A stretch of DNA of 64,000 bases from an uncultured Myxococcales bacterium. GTDB taxonomy: Bacteria > Myxococcota > Kuafuiibacteriia > Kuafuiibacteriales > Kuafuiibacteriaceae. The stretch covers positions 68,897 through 132,896 of the forward strand of contig CAYYOT010000004.1 in the NCBI GenBank assembly GCA_964473255.1, in the 5' to 3' direction. A model generated the notes under the pieces. The model was not told the DNA's origin and searched no databases. It worked only from the letters and a program-made list of their open reading frames with translations. Positions 10,420 through 18,254 of this stretch are shown here, in pieces; the stretch's first letter is position 1, and every line of letters begins with the position of its first letter. Position numbers and translations under genes: made by a program.

Positions 10420-10804
10420 CCGACGGCTCGGATTCGGGAACGGACGACAGCTGATCCCACAGGCGATCCACGACGGCCGTCGCGGCGGCGGTGGCGGCCT
10501 GACCCGCCACCCAGCCCAGCGTGCTGGGCGCCCCGGCCTTCGCTTCCGGCCGTCGCCTTCGGCCACGGGCGAAAACCCAGCCGAATACGAAGGAGGAGCT
10601 CAACAGCAGCCAGCGGTGCCGAACGACGTGGGTCTGCACGGCGGCGCGAGCGTACTCCAGGTGGTCGACCTTCTCCTCGATGCGCTCCCGAATGAGCCGC
10701 GCCGTCGCTTCCACGCGACGCTTGTGGTCATCGGCCTCGGCTCGAAGACGGTCGCGCTCGACCTCGGCTGGAAGCCGGGCGGAAACGGGGACCGGCTTCG
10801 TCAT
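10283..10804 (-). CDS. YqjK-like small membrane protein; last gene of a YqjD/YqjE/YqjK-type triad
   Basis: The ATG at 10802-10804 (MTKPVPVSARL...) overlaps the upstream stop by 4 nt (ATGA). It has a coiled-coil N-terminus and then one transmembrane helix (WLLLSSSFVFGWVFA). The 3' end is uncertain because the tail overlaps the convergent J-domain gene. Confidence 0.45.
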   Translation of the reverse strand: MTKPVPVSARLPAEVERDRLRAEADDHKRRVEATARLIRERIEEKVDHLEYARAAVQTHVVRHRWLLLSSSFVFGWVFARGRRRRPEAKAGAPSTLGWVAGQAATAAATAVVDRLWDQLSSVPESEPSVTRRAGEDVPDGERAERSSAPESVARDRRPDVLPRDRGAADGLDR

Positions 10805-11106
10805 TGCCGGACCCCGACCAGCACCGTGATGCCGCCCGCGCCGACGAGGGCCGCGCCGACGATCAGACACGTCACCGCCAGTCCCAACCCGAGGTCGATG
10901 GCGACCCAGTAGAGAAAGGCGACGAGCAGTACCTGCAGTCCGGCCAGCCCCAACAGAAGGCCCACCGCAACCCAGGCCGCGGTGCGTTGGGTCCGGTCGA
11001 GGCGAAGCTCGAACTCGGCCCGAAGACTTCGAGCCTCCGCTTGCAGCCAGCCTGATGTTTCGTCGGCCAGGTCGCGAACCAGTACGGGAGTGGAAGGTTC
11101 CGACAC
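10801..11106 (-). CDS. YqjE-like (DUF1469/phage-holin-like) inner-membrane protein
   Basis: 101 aa with two hydrophobic helices (AAWVAVGLLLGLAGLQVLLVAFLYWVAIDLGLGLAVTCLIVGAALVGAGGI). It sits between a YqjD-like and a YqjK-like gene, as in the E. coli yqjDEK locus. Confidence 0.55.
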   Translation of the reverse strand: MSEPSTPVLVRDLADETSGWLQAEARSLRAEFELRLDRTQRTAAWVAVGLLLGLAGLQVLLVAFLYWVAIDLGLGLAVTCLIVGAALVGAGGITVLVGVRQ

Positions 11107-11107
11107 G

Positions 11108-11503
11108 TCAGTCCCGTCGGAAGAGCCGTCCCAGGACGTAGCCCAAGCCAGCCCCGATCAGCAGAGCCCGGTAGGGATGCTGCTGAATCGAGCGATCGAG
11201 GTCGCCGAGGACCGACCGGGGGTCCCGCTGCTGAAGATATCCGGCCGCCGTGTGCATCTTGTCGGCGACGGCGTCGACGTGTCGCGAGTCGATGTGGAGC
11301 TTGCTGGCGGCCTCGGGCGCCCGGTCCCGCAGATAGTCGGCCGCTTCGTCGAGCTTGCTCCCCATCTTGGTAAAGCCCTTCGAACCCGACTCGTTGGCCT
11401 TATCCAGCAGCTCTTTGGAGGCGTCCTGGGCCAAGCTCCGCGCCCGGTGCTTCAAGTCGACCTGCTCGTCTTTTGTGGTTTCGGTCAGCTCCTGTTCGGT
11501 CAT
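11108..11503 (-). CDS. ElaB/YqjD/DUF883-family ribosome- and membrane-associated protein
   Basis: 131 aa with a charged coiled-coil N-terminus and a C-terminal single transmembrane helix (YRALLIGAGLGYVLGRLF), the typical DUF883 architecture. Confidence 0.6.
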   Translation of the reverse strand: MTEQELTETTKDEQVDLKHRARSLAQDASKELLDKANESGSKGFTKMGSKLDEAADYLRDRAPEAASKLHIDSRHVDAVADKMHTAAGYLQQRDPRSVLGDLDRSIQQHPYRALLIGAGLGYVLGRLFRRD

Positions 11504-11567
11504 GCCCTCGTGTTACGGCAAGACTGGGGCATCGGGCAATCGGTCCCGACGGATCTTCGAGCCCGTC

Positions 11568-12623
11568 TCAGGGGTTGGCCGGGGTGCGCAGCGCAGCCAT
11601 CCGCGGGTCGGCCAGCAGGGCCTGGATCTCGTCGCGATACTGCAGCCATTCGAAGTCCAGTTCACCGAGCTCGGAACATGTCTCTAGCAAGCCGATCGCA
11701 GACTCGCGGCGTCCGGCACGGGCTTCGTGGAGAGCAAAGTGCAAGGCGACTTCCTGTATCCGTTCGCGGCCGTCTGCCGCCGAGCTGTGCCGCTGCTCCA
11801 GGACGTCTTCGGCCCAACGCACTCCGGCGCCCTGGTCGGTGTCCAGGAGCCACCGCGCGGCCGCGCAGTATGCGGGATGGAGAGGCCAGAGCCGTTGGCG
11901 CAGCGAATTCATCGCCTCGACGTCCCCGAGTGCTTGAGCCGACAGCAGTCCGAGCTCACCCAGCTCAGCCTGTCGAGCCCGGCGGCCCGCTGAGTGCCGG
12001 CGGACTCGCTCCACTACGGCCCGGTGGCGCCCGGCTCTCCAGTCGTCGTACACTTCACGATGCACGACCGCCGGCCACTCCGTCCGAGCCATCACGAGGG
12101 CAAACGTCGAGATGCCGAGCAGCCAGGTCAGAGCACTCGTCCACGAGAGAACGAACAAGGCGAGGACGGCCGCGGTCGTGCACGCCACGGCGATCGCGCC
12201 AGTCCGTCGAAACGCGTCGATCGGGGAGTTTCCGCGGTGCTCCAGCCGATCGCGAAGCCAGACCCCGCCATCCGACGCGGGAAACGGCCACGCCTGAAAG
12301 GTCAGGTATGCCCAGGCCACCGCCGTAGGGCCCCCGACGGCCCTCAGGATGGACGCGTACAGGAGCGTCGGCAGAAGCCCGGCCAGCAGGGTCGCCCGAC
12401 GGACCGGCCACGGATCACCGTCGACGTAATAGGCATCGCCCGCTCCGAACTGGAGATCGAAGCGGACCGGGTGGCCCGTCATCCACGCTCCCAGCACACC
12501 GTGTCCCAGCTCGTGGACGGTCATGACCGCCAGGAGCTGTCCGGCAAAGGATGGAGAGAGGACCGCGGTTACGCCGAGAATGGCGAGGACTTCGACCCGG
12601 ACCCGAACCGTGTTCCGATTCAT
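11568..12623 (-). CDS. Membrane-embedded zinc metalloprotease, site-2-protease (M50)-like, with a C-terminal helical extension
   Basis: An HExxH motif lies in a hydrophobic segment (VHELGHGV) and a downstream DGG motif (FPASDGGVW) matches M50. There are several transmembrane helices. Its stop overlaps the start of the upstream MBL gene. Confidence 0.55.
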   Translation of the reverse strand: MNRNTVRVRVEVLAILGVTAVLSPSFAGQLLAVMTVHELGHGVLGAWMTGHPVRFDLQFGAGDAYYVDGDPWPVRRATLLAGLLPTLLYASILRAVGGPTAVAWAYLTFQAWPFPASDGGVWLRDRLEHRGNSPIDAFRRTGAIAVACTTAAVLALFVLSWTSALTWLLGISTFALVMARTEWPAVVHREVYDDWRAGRHRAVVERVRRHSAGRRARQAELGELGLLSAQALGDVEAMNSLRQRLWPLHPAYCAAARWLLDTDQGAGVRWAEDVLEQRHSSAADGRERIQEVALHFALHEARAGRRESAIGLLETCSELGELDFEWLQYRDEIQALLADPRMAALRTPANP

Positions 12624-13546
12624 TCGCGTCCGGCTTTGGGAGGGCGAGGAATGGGGATCCGGTCTTCATCCTCCGCGACGGCGACCGGGCCGAAGGTCTC
12701 GGCGACTTCCTGGGCCAAGGTCGATGGGTCGTCGTGTTCGGGAGGAAAGCCGGTCAGCACGAGTCGACCGACCCCCGCGGTCTTCGCCAGTCGCCCGGCC
12801 TCGCTCGCGGTCATGGCGTTGCGTCGCTCGGCCCGCTCGGCATCGTGGTCGGGCAGAACGCCGCGACACACGAGGATGGCCGCTCCGAGCGCCAGACGAT
12901 GGGCGGCCAGGCAGGGCCGCGTCGGCGGCAGATAGGCGACCGCCTGCCCCTTGCGCGGCACGCTCACGTCTTCCAGCCGGACGGTCTTACCATCGACTTC
13001 GACCGCGCCCTCTTGCTGCAGGCGCTTGATTTCGGCGCCATGCACCCCGTACTCACGCAGACGCTCGGGCAGCATCGTCTGCCGGTCGCGCTCTTCGAGT
13101 CGAAGCCCAAAGCCGACGGGACGCCCCACGACGGGAGCAGCCAAGAGGCGAAGCTCCTTCTCCTCGACGAAGGGTCCAGGCTCGGTCAAGGGGACGGGCG
13201 TGAGATGAGCCGCGGCGTGATAGACCGAGGCCTTGCGCAGACGCTCGTAGAACACTCGTCCTGAAGCAGGAAATGCGACGTCGATCGCGTGCGGCACTCG
13301 GTCCAAAGAGATCCGCTGGACCAATCCGGCGAGGCCCAAACAATGATCGGGCACGAAACGGCTGACGAACACCCGCGAGATCGACGTCGCGGTGACGTCG
13401 CAATAGATCATCTGCCGCTGTGTCCCCTCGCCCGGGTCGATGAGGAGTCCCTCGTCGTCCCAGCGGATCAACAGGCTGTGAAGGTTGCGGCGCTTGGTCG
13501 GGACATCTGCGCCCGTCCCCAGCACGACGAGCTCCCGTACGGACAT
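12620..13546 (-). CDS. MBL-fold protein resembling ribonuclease Z/BN; the zinc-binding HxHxDH motif is degenerate
   Basis: The N-terminus (VLGTGADVPTKRRNLHSLLIRWDDEGLLIDPGEGTQRQM) matches RNase Z motif I. The canonical HxHxDH is replaced by SRFVPDHCLGLAGL. Confidence 0.5.
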   Translation of the reverse strand: MSVRELVVLGTGADVPTKRRNLHSLLIRWDDEGLLIDPGEGTQRQMIYCDVTATSISRVFVSRFVPDHCLGLAGLVQRISLDRVPHAIDVAFPASGRVFYERLRKASVYHAAAHLTPVPLTEPGPFVEEKELRLLAAPVVGRPVGFGLRLEERDRQTMLPERLREYGVHGAEIKRLQQEGAVEVDGKTVRLEDVSVPRKGQAVAYLPPTRPCLAAHRLALGAAILVCRGVLPDHDAERAERRNAMTASEAGRLAKTAGVGRLVLTGFPPEHDDPSTLAQEVAETFGPVAVAEDEDRIPIPRPPKAGRE

Positions 13547-13556
13547 GGGGAGGGTC

Positions 13557-15902
13557 TCAGCCGGACTGCTTCAGTACGAAGGGGTACTTAACGACCACGA
13601 TGCCCCCGCCCTTCGGTTTGGGGAACTTCCAGGTTCGGATCTTTTGACAGATGCACTGCTCGACCGCTGCATTGTTGAGCGTGGTCTGGTCAACCTTCGC
13701 CATCGTAACCGTGCCCTTACCCGAGATGATGAACTGAGTCGCGACCTTGCCAAAGATCCCGGGGCTGCGACTGAGCTCCTTCTCGTAGCAGTAGCGAATC
13801 TGGGCCAAGTGCTGCTTGATCACCCGCCGGATCACCTCCTTGGGAAGCGACCCCTCGATCCGGACGCGCTCGGTGGTGATGGTGACTCCGCGGTCCTTCT
13901 TCTCGTCGAGCTGTCCGGCGCCCACACCGTAGTCACCGGTACCGCCACCGCCGCGCCCCTTGGTCCCCAGCCCTCCGATTCCGTAGGATGTGTACGACTT
14001 GCCGCCCCCACCGGGTCCGGACCCGCGAAGGCCCAATCCTCCGAAGCCGGAGGCATCGCCGACCCGTGCCCCGGTCACGCCCCCGAGCGCACTCTTGAGC
14101 TCACCGCCCATGCCGGTACCCCCCATGACGGCACCGACGGCGCCCGCCCGACCACCGAAGAGCTTGGTGAGCGCCTGCGTCGCGAGTTCTTTGTCGTCGG
14201 GCTTGCCTTTGTTGGCCCGGCGACCCGGGTTCTTCGGCTTGGCGTCCTTCCGTCCCGCCTTGCCTTGCTTTCCGGCGGCCTTGGCGGCCTTTTCACCAGA
14301 CTTGAGCTTGCTGAGCAGCGCCTGCTGTTTCTTGCGCTGCTCGGGGGAGAGGCGGGTCTGGGTGAACCGATTCACGGCCTGGTAGACCTCCTCGAGATTG
14401 TCCGTCGTTTGCGGCATAGCCAAGAAGCTCGCCACGGCGACGACATGGAGGAACAGCACCAAGATGAAGGTATTCGCGTACTCGTAGCTGATCCGCTCGG
14501 CGAGCGGCACCGGAGGAAGCGAAGTTCGGCGTACATAGCGAACCTGAACTGCGAGCTCGCCGAGATCGACGTAGACCGTCTCCTCGGGCTGCAGCTCGTA
14601 GGTGCCGAAGGCCGGGTCGGCATCCGGGTGGAGGACGCTCTCCAGCGGCAGCACGGGACCATCGAACTTCTCGACTCGACCGGCCGCCGAACGAGGAATG
14701 TGCAGCCGATACTCGGCCGCTTTGTCGCTCATGGACTCCGCGAACACGAACGAGGCAGCTGGGAGACCCCTGGTGGGAACTTCGACGTCGCAGCGCTGAA
14801 CCTTCTGGAATGGTCCCCAGCCGGTGACCTTTCGCTCGTCGCCCAAGGTGACCGTCTTCTCATCGAATACCGTCAGTGAATCGAGGACGACGTCGCTTTT
14901 CCAAAGCGTCTTGATCTCGAGAGCGCGGTGGGTCGGCAGCACCTTCACCGACGCCAGGTTGCTCGGCACGGAGCCCCACGCATGGTCCACGTGGGGCACG
15001 GCCACCCCAGCGTCGTGCCGAGCCGCGGGTGGAAACGGCGCGGTCGAGGTGCTGCTGGTGGGCGGAACCGGCGACACGGCGGGCGCCATGTCCGCGGTAC
15101 TCGCCGAATCGGACGGCGCCGGGGGCGGCGCGCCGGGGAAGCCGCTCGTCGGTGGAGCCTCGGCCTCGACCGGAGGCCCCGAAACGTCGCGGAGCTCTAA
15201 GGCGCGTCCTCCGCTCGCCGGCGCCTCGGCCGGGACCGAAGGCGAGCCGAAACCGCTCGAAGGCGAGCCGAAACCGCTCGAAGGCGAGCCGAAACCGCTG
15301 TTCGGCGGGGACTCCGCCGGAGAGGCCCCGGTGTCGGAGAGCGCGGGAGACGGCGGCGGAAACGAGTCGGTCTGCGCGGGAGCCGGCGGCGAAAACGAGT
15401 CGGTCTGCGCGGGAGACGGCGGCGAGAACGAACCCGTCTGCGCGGGAGACGGCGCCGAGAACGAACCCGTCTGCGCGGGAGGCGACGGCGACAACGAGCC
15501 GGTGTGCGCCGTGGTCGACGCTGGACTCGCGGGAGGCGCCGACGACAATCCCGCAGCCCAGGGCGAAGGCGCGGAGGTCGCCCGCGCAGCCTCCGGCATG
15601 GCGAAACTCGCCCAGTGCAACTCGATTCGGTACGGCCCGACCGTGACGACATCGCCGTCTTCGATCTTTACGCGCGAGACCTTCTGGTCGTTGACGCGGG
15701 TCCCTTCCGGAGACCCCATGTCGATCAGGTTGTAGCCGCCCCCCGATGCTTCGAGTACGGCGTGAATCCGCGCAACCGAGGGCTCGTCGAGCTTCACGTG
15801 GGCCGACGCCAATCGACCGATCTTGAGAAGGTCGCGTTCGAAGGTTTCTTCGAACACGTGCTCGGGACCGCGGTACACGCTGACTTTTACGGGGCGCGCC
15901 AT
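13557..15902 (-). CDS. FHA-domain / TonB-C-domain bitopic envelope protein (GltG/PglI/NfsG-like)
   Basis: 781 aa. The N-terminal FHA domain reads KIGRLASAHVKLDEPSVARIHAVLE...GSPEGTRVNDQKV. It is followed by a long Pro/Ser/Gly repeat linker, one transmembrane helix (FILVLFLHVVAVASFLA), a Lys-rich segment and a C-terminal TonB-C-like domain (IRYCYEKEL...GKGTVTMAKV...). This is the same architecture as Myxococcus GltG/NfsG. Confidence 0.7.
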   Translation of the reverse strand: MARPVKVSVYRGPEHVFEETFERDLLKIGRLASAHVKLDEPSVARIHAVLEASGGGYNLIDMGSPEGTRVNDQKVSRVKIEDGDVVTVGPYRIELHWASFAMPEAARATSAPSPWAAGLSSAPPASPASTTAHTGSLSPSPPAQTGSFSAPSPAQTGSFSPPSPAQTDSFSPPAPAQTDSFPPPSPALSDTGASPAESPPNSGFGSPSSGFGSPSSGFGSPSVPAEAPASGGRALELRDVSGPPVEAEAPPTSGFPGAPPPAPSDSASTADMAPAVSPVPPTSSTSTAPFPPAARHDAGVAVPHVDHAWGSVPSNLASVKVLPTHRALEIKTLWKSDVVLDSLTVFDEKTVTLGDERKVTGWGPFQKVQRCDVEVPTRGLPAASFVFAESMSDKAAEYRLHIPRSAAGRVEKFDGPVLPLESVLHPDADPAFGTYELQPEETVYVDLGELAVQVRYVRRTSLPPVPLAERISYEYANTFILVLFLHVVAVASFLAMPQTTDNLEEVYQAVNRFTQTRLSPEQRKKQQALLSKLKSGEKAAKAAGKQGKAGRKDAKPKNPGRRANKGKPDDKELATQALTKLFGGRAGAVGAVMGGTGMGGELKSALGGVTGARVGDASGFGGLGLRGSGPGGGGKSYTSYGIGGLGTKGRGGGGTGDYGVGAGQLDEKKDRGVTITTERVRIEGSLPKEVIRRVIKQHLAQIRYCYEKELSRSPGIFGKVATQFIISGKGTVTMAKVDQTTLNNAAVEQCICQKIRTWKFPKPKGGGIVVVKYPFVLKQSG
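15238..15300. repeat. Three tandem 21-bp repeats (gaaggcgagccgaaaccgctc) encoding an SSGFGSP heptad repeat in the GltG-like linker
   Basis: Read directly from the sequence. Copies lie at 15238-15258, 15259-15279 and 15280-15300, with one mismatch in the last. Confidence 0.85.
15331..15501. repeat. About five tandem 33-bp repeats (gtctgcgcgggagNcggcgNcgaNaacgaNNcg) encoding an 11-aa PSPAQTxSFSP repeat in the GltG-like linker
   Basis: Four near-perfect copies lie at 15370-15402, 15403-15435, 15436-15468 and 15469-15501, plus a degenerate copy upstream. Confidence 0.85.
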
Positions 15903-15912
15903 GCTGCGGTCC

Positions 15913-16194
15913 TCAGATCTGGGAAACCGAGTCCAAGACGTTGGCTCGGAAATCCTCTCGGACCTTGATGAGGTTGCTGTGTCGGATGCGCTTTCGAATC
16001 TCGACGTAATCGCCGTCGGGCTTCGTCAGGTCGCCGTCGATCGTGTCGTCGTCGAAGCTGACGACGGTCTTCTTTTGATAGACCACCTTTTCCACTTCGA
16101 TGATTTCGGTTTCCTGCGCCAGGGCTGGGACAGCGGGGACGGTCGCCGCAAGAACCAGTCCTCCGGCCAACATCCATGTCTGGATACGGAGCAC
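15913..16194 (-). CDS. Small secreted protein (GltF/NfsF-like by position and size)
   Basis: 93 aa with a signal peptide (MLAGGLVLAATVPAVPALAQE). It lies 10 nt upstream of the GltG-like gene, and its size and position correspond to gltF/nfsF. Confidence 0.5.
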   Translation of the reverse strand: MLRIQTWMLAGGLVLAATVPAVPALAQETEIIEVEKVVYQKKTVVSFDDDTIDGDLTKPDGDYVEIRKRIRHSNLIKVREDFRANVLDSVSQI

Positions 16195-16263
16195 GGTCCA
16201 CGCACTATACGAGACTTTCGTTCTCTTCGCGAAAACCCAGAGATTCCCGAATCGTAGGGAAAG

Positions 16264-16935
16264 CTACGACCCCGGGGAGCCAGACGACGACCGCCGGGAG
16301 CGCCGGAGCACGAAGAGAACCAGACCGACCAGGGCAAACAGCCCCCCACCCCACAAAATCAGCAGGGCATTCGACGGCTCCAGCCAGACCCGGCGCGCTC
16401 CACCCGCCACGCCGACCGTGACTGCGACGATCGGCGCCATCCCGGCCGCAGTGCTCAGCATGAATCGGCCGAACCGATAGCCGGATGCCCCGAGCGCCGC
16501 GTTCACCAGACTGAAGTGGGCGAGCGGAACCCATCGGATCCCGGCGACGGCCAAGAGCCCTTTGGCTCCCTCGGCGTCGACGCGTTCTCTCGCCATCGCC
16601 AGCGCCGGATGGGCTCCCAGGCGCGCGGAAAACAGCCGGCCGGCCCAGTAGGTGACGGCAGCACTGGCCAGGCACCCGAGGCTCGCCGCCAGATAGGCTT
16701 CGGCCGGGGGTAGGAGAACGCCGAGCCCCACGAGCAAGACCGTCAAGGGGAGCATCAGCAGCCCACCGACCACGAAGATGAGGACGATCGCCGGAAACAG
16801 CCATCCGGACGCACGGGCCGACCGCAGCATCGACTCCAAGACATCGAGGTCCAGGTACGTCTTCAGGGGCCCAACCTGCCAGGCGGCAGCCAAGACGAGG
16901 GCCGCCAAGGCCGCGAGGACACCGGTCCGTTTCAC
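16264..16935 (-). CDS. DedA/TVP38/TMEM64-family (SNARE-associated) integral membrane protein
   Basis: 223 aa and polytopic. The loop motif and hydrophobic helices (LPLTVLLVGLGVLL..., GYRFGRFMLSTAAGMAPI) match the DedA family. Its start overlaps the upstream stop in an ATGA. Confidence 0.65.
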   Translation of the reverse strand: MKRTGVLAALAALVLAAAWQVGPLKTYLDLDVLESMLRSARASGWLFPAIVLIFVVGGLLMLPLTVLLVGLGVLLPPAEAYLAASLGCLASAAVTYWAGRLFSARLGAHPALAMARERVDAEGAKGLLAVAGIRWVPLAHFSLVNAALGASGYRFGRFMLSTAAGMAPIVAVTVGVAGGARRVWLEPSNALLILWGGGLFALVGLVLFVLRRSRRSSSGSPGS

Positions 16936-18254
16936 TCGAAGTCGTCGTCGGTCGGAAGCGGTTCGGGTTCGGGTTCGGGCTCCGGCTTGGGCTGCGCTTT
17001 TTTGCGAGACTTCGAGCGGGAGCGCCCCCTGGACTTGGACTTGGGCTTCGGCTTGGGTTCGGCCGGAGCCGGCGTTGCGGCAGCGGGGGCGGCCGGAGTC
17101 GCAGCCGGAGCGACCGCCGCCTCGTCTTCGGCCGTGGTCGGGGGACTTTCGGAGACCATCTGGCGTCGGGCTTCGATCTCCTGGAGCATGGCGAAGGTCT
17201 CACGAGACTCCCCGTCCGAGAGCTGCAGGCTACGCTTCAAGTGGACCTCGGCTCCGTTGAGGTCGTCGAAGTGCCGCAGAAGAAGCACGCCCAGATTGAA
17301 ATGAGCCTCCCCGGAGCCGTCGTCGGCGCCGAGTGCCCGACCGTACGCCTCCCGGGCCCCCTCGAAGTCGGCCTGGGCCTTGAGCGCGATACCTAGATTC
17401 ACCCAAGCGGGGGCGGCATCCGGGTCGAGTTCCGCCATCTTGCGGTACGCGGCGGCGGCACCCGCGTAGTCGCGAAGCTCCAGCGAGATGCGCGCGATTT
17501 CGGCGTAGGACCGGGACCGTTCCGGATCGCTTTCGATGGCGCGCGCGAAAGCCTTCATCGACGCGGCCGTCTCACCCTCGGCCTCGGCCGCGAAGCCCAG
17601 AGCCTCGTGCAGGCACGCCAGGTCGGGCGCAAACTTGAAACCCTGGGCCGCGAGGAGTCGGACGCGACCCCACTGCTTCTTCATCTCCGCGCCTCGCGCC
17701 AAGATGCAGTAGGCCTCGGGGAGCGTCGGCTCGTAGGTCAGCGCCTCACGACACAGCCGTTCCGCATCGTCGACATTTCCGCGCGCCAGACGACGCGAAG
17801 CCAAGGTCACGCGGGCGGCGGCGGCGTCGTTTCGACGCTCCACCTCTTCCCGTAGAAGTTGGATCGCCTCCGCATCCTCGCCGGCCAAGAGAAGTAGACG
17901 CGCGAGGTTCTCCCCCGGTCCCGGGAGCCGAGCATCCTCGGCTCGCGCCCGTCGGTAGGACTGCATTGCGTCGTCGGTCTCTCCCTGTTGCTCTTGAGCG
18001 AGGCCCAGATTGAACCACGCCGCAGCAAAGCCCGGGCGCTCTTTGACGATGCCGCGCATGGTTGCCTCCACGCGCGACCACGTCACGGGCTGACCAGCAT
18101 CGATCTCGCCGCGAACGCGCGCTGCTTCTTCGCGGAACGAAGCCTCGGTATCGGCGACCGGGTCGATGACGTCGGCCCCGGAGGATGGACCGCGGGAGCC
18201 CGCGCACCCGATGCCGACGACCAGACTCAGGGCCAGGCTCGTGCCCCTATTCAC
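16932..18254 (-). CDS. TPR-repeat lipoprotein (GltE/AglT/NfsE-like) with a low-complexity charged C-terminal tail
   Basis: 440 aa. It has a lipoprotein signal (LSLVVGIGCAG), multiple TPR-like repeats, and a tail rich in PA/PKPK/PEPEPEP. Its start overlaps the stop of the GltD-like gene in an ATGA. Confidence 0.6.
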   Translation of the reverse strand: MNRGTSLALSLVVGIGCAGSRGPSSGADVIDPVADTEASFREEAARVRGEIDAGQPVTWSRVEATMRGIVKERPGFAAAWFNLGLAQEQQGETDDAMQSYRRARAEDARLPGPGENLARLLLLAGEDAEAIQLLREEVERRNDAAAARVTLASRRLARGNVDDAERLCREALTYEPTLPEAYCILARGAEMKKQWGRVRLLAAQGFKFAPDLACLHEALGFAAEAEGETAASMKAFARAIESDPERSRSYAEIARISLELRDYAGAAAAYRKMAELDPDAAPAWVNLGIALKAQADFEGAREAYGRALGADDGSGEAHFNLGVLLLRHFDDLNGAEVHLKRSLQLSDGESRETFAMLQEIEARRQMVSESPPTTAEDEAAVAPAATPAAPAAATPAPAEPKPKPKSKSRGRSRSKSRKKAQPKPEPEPEPEPLPTDDDFE

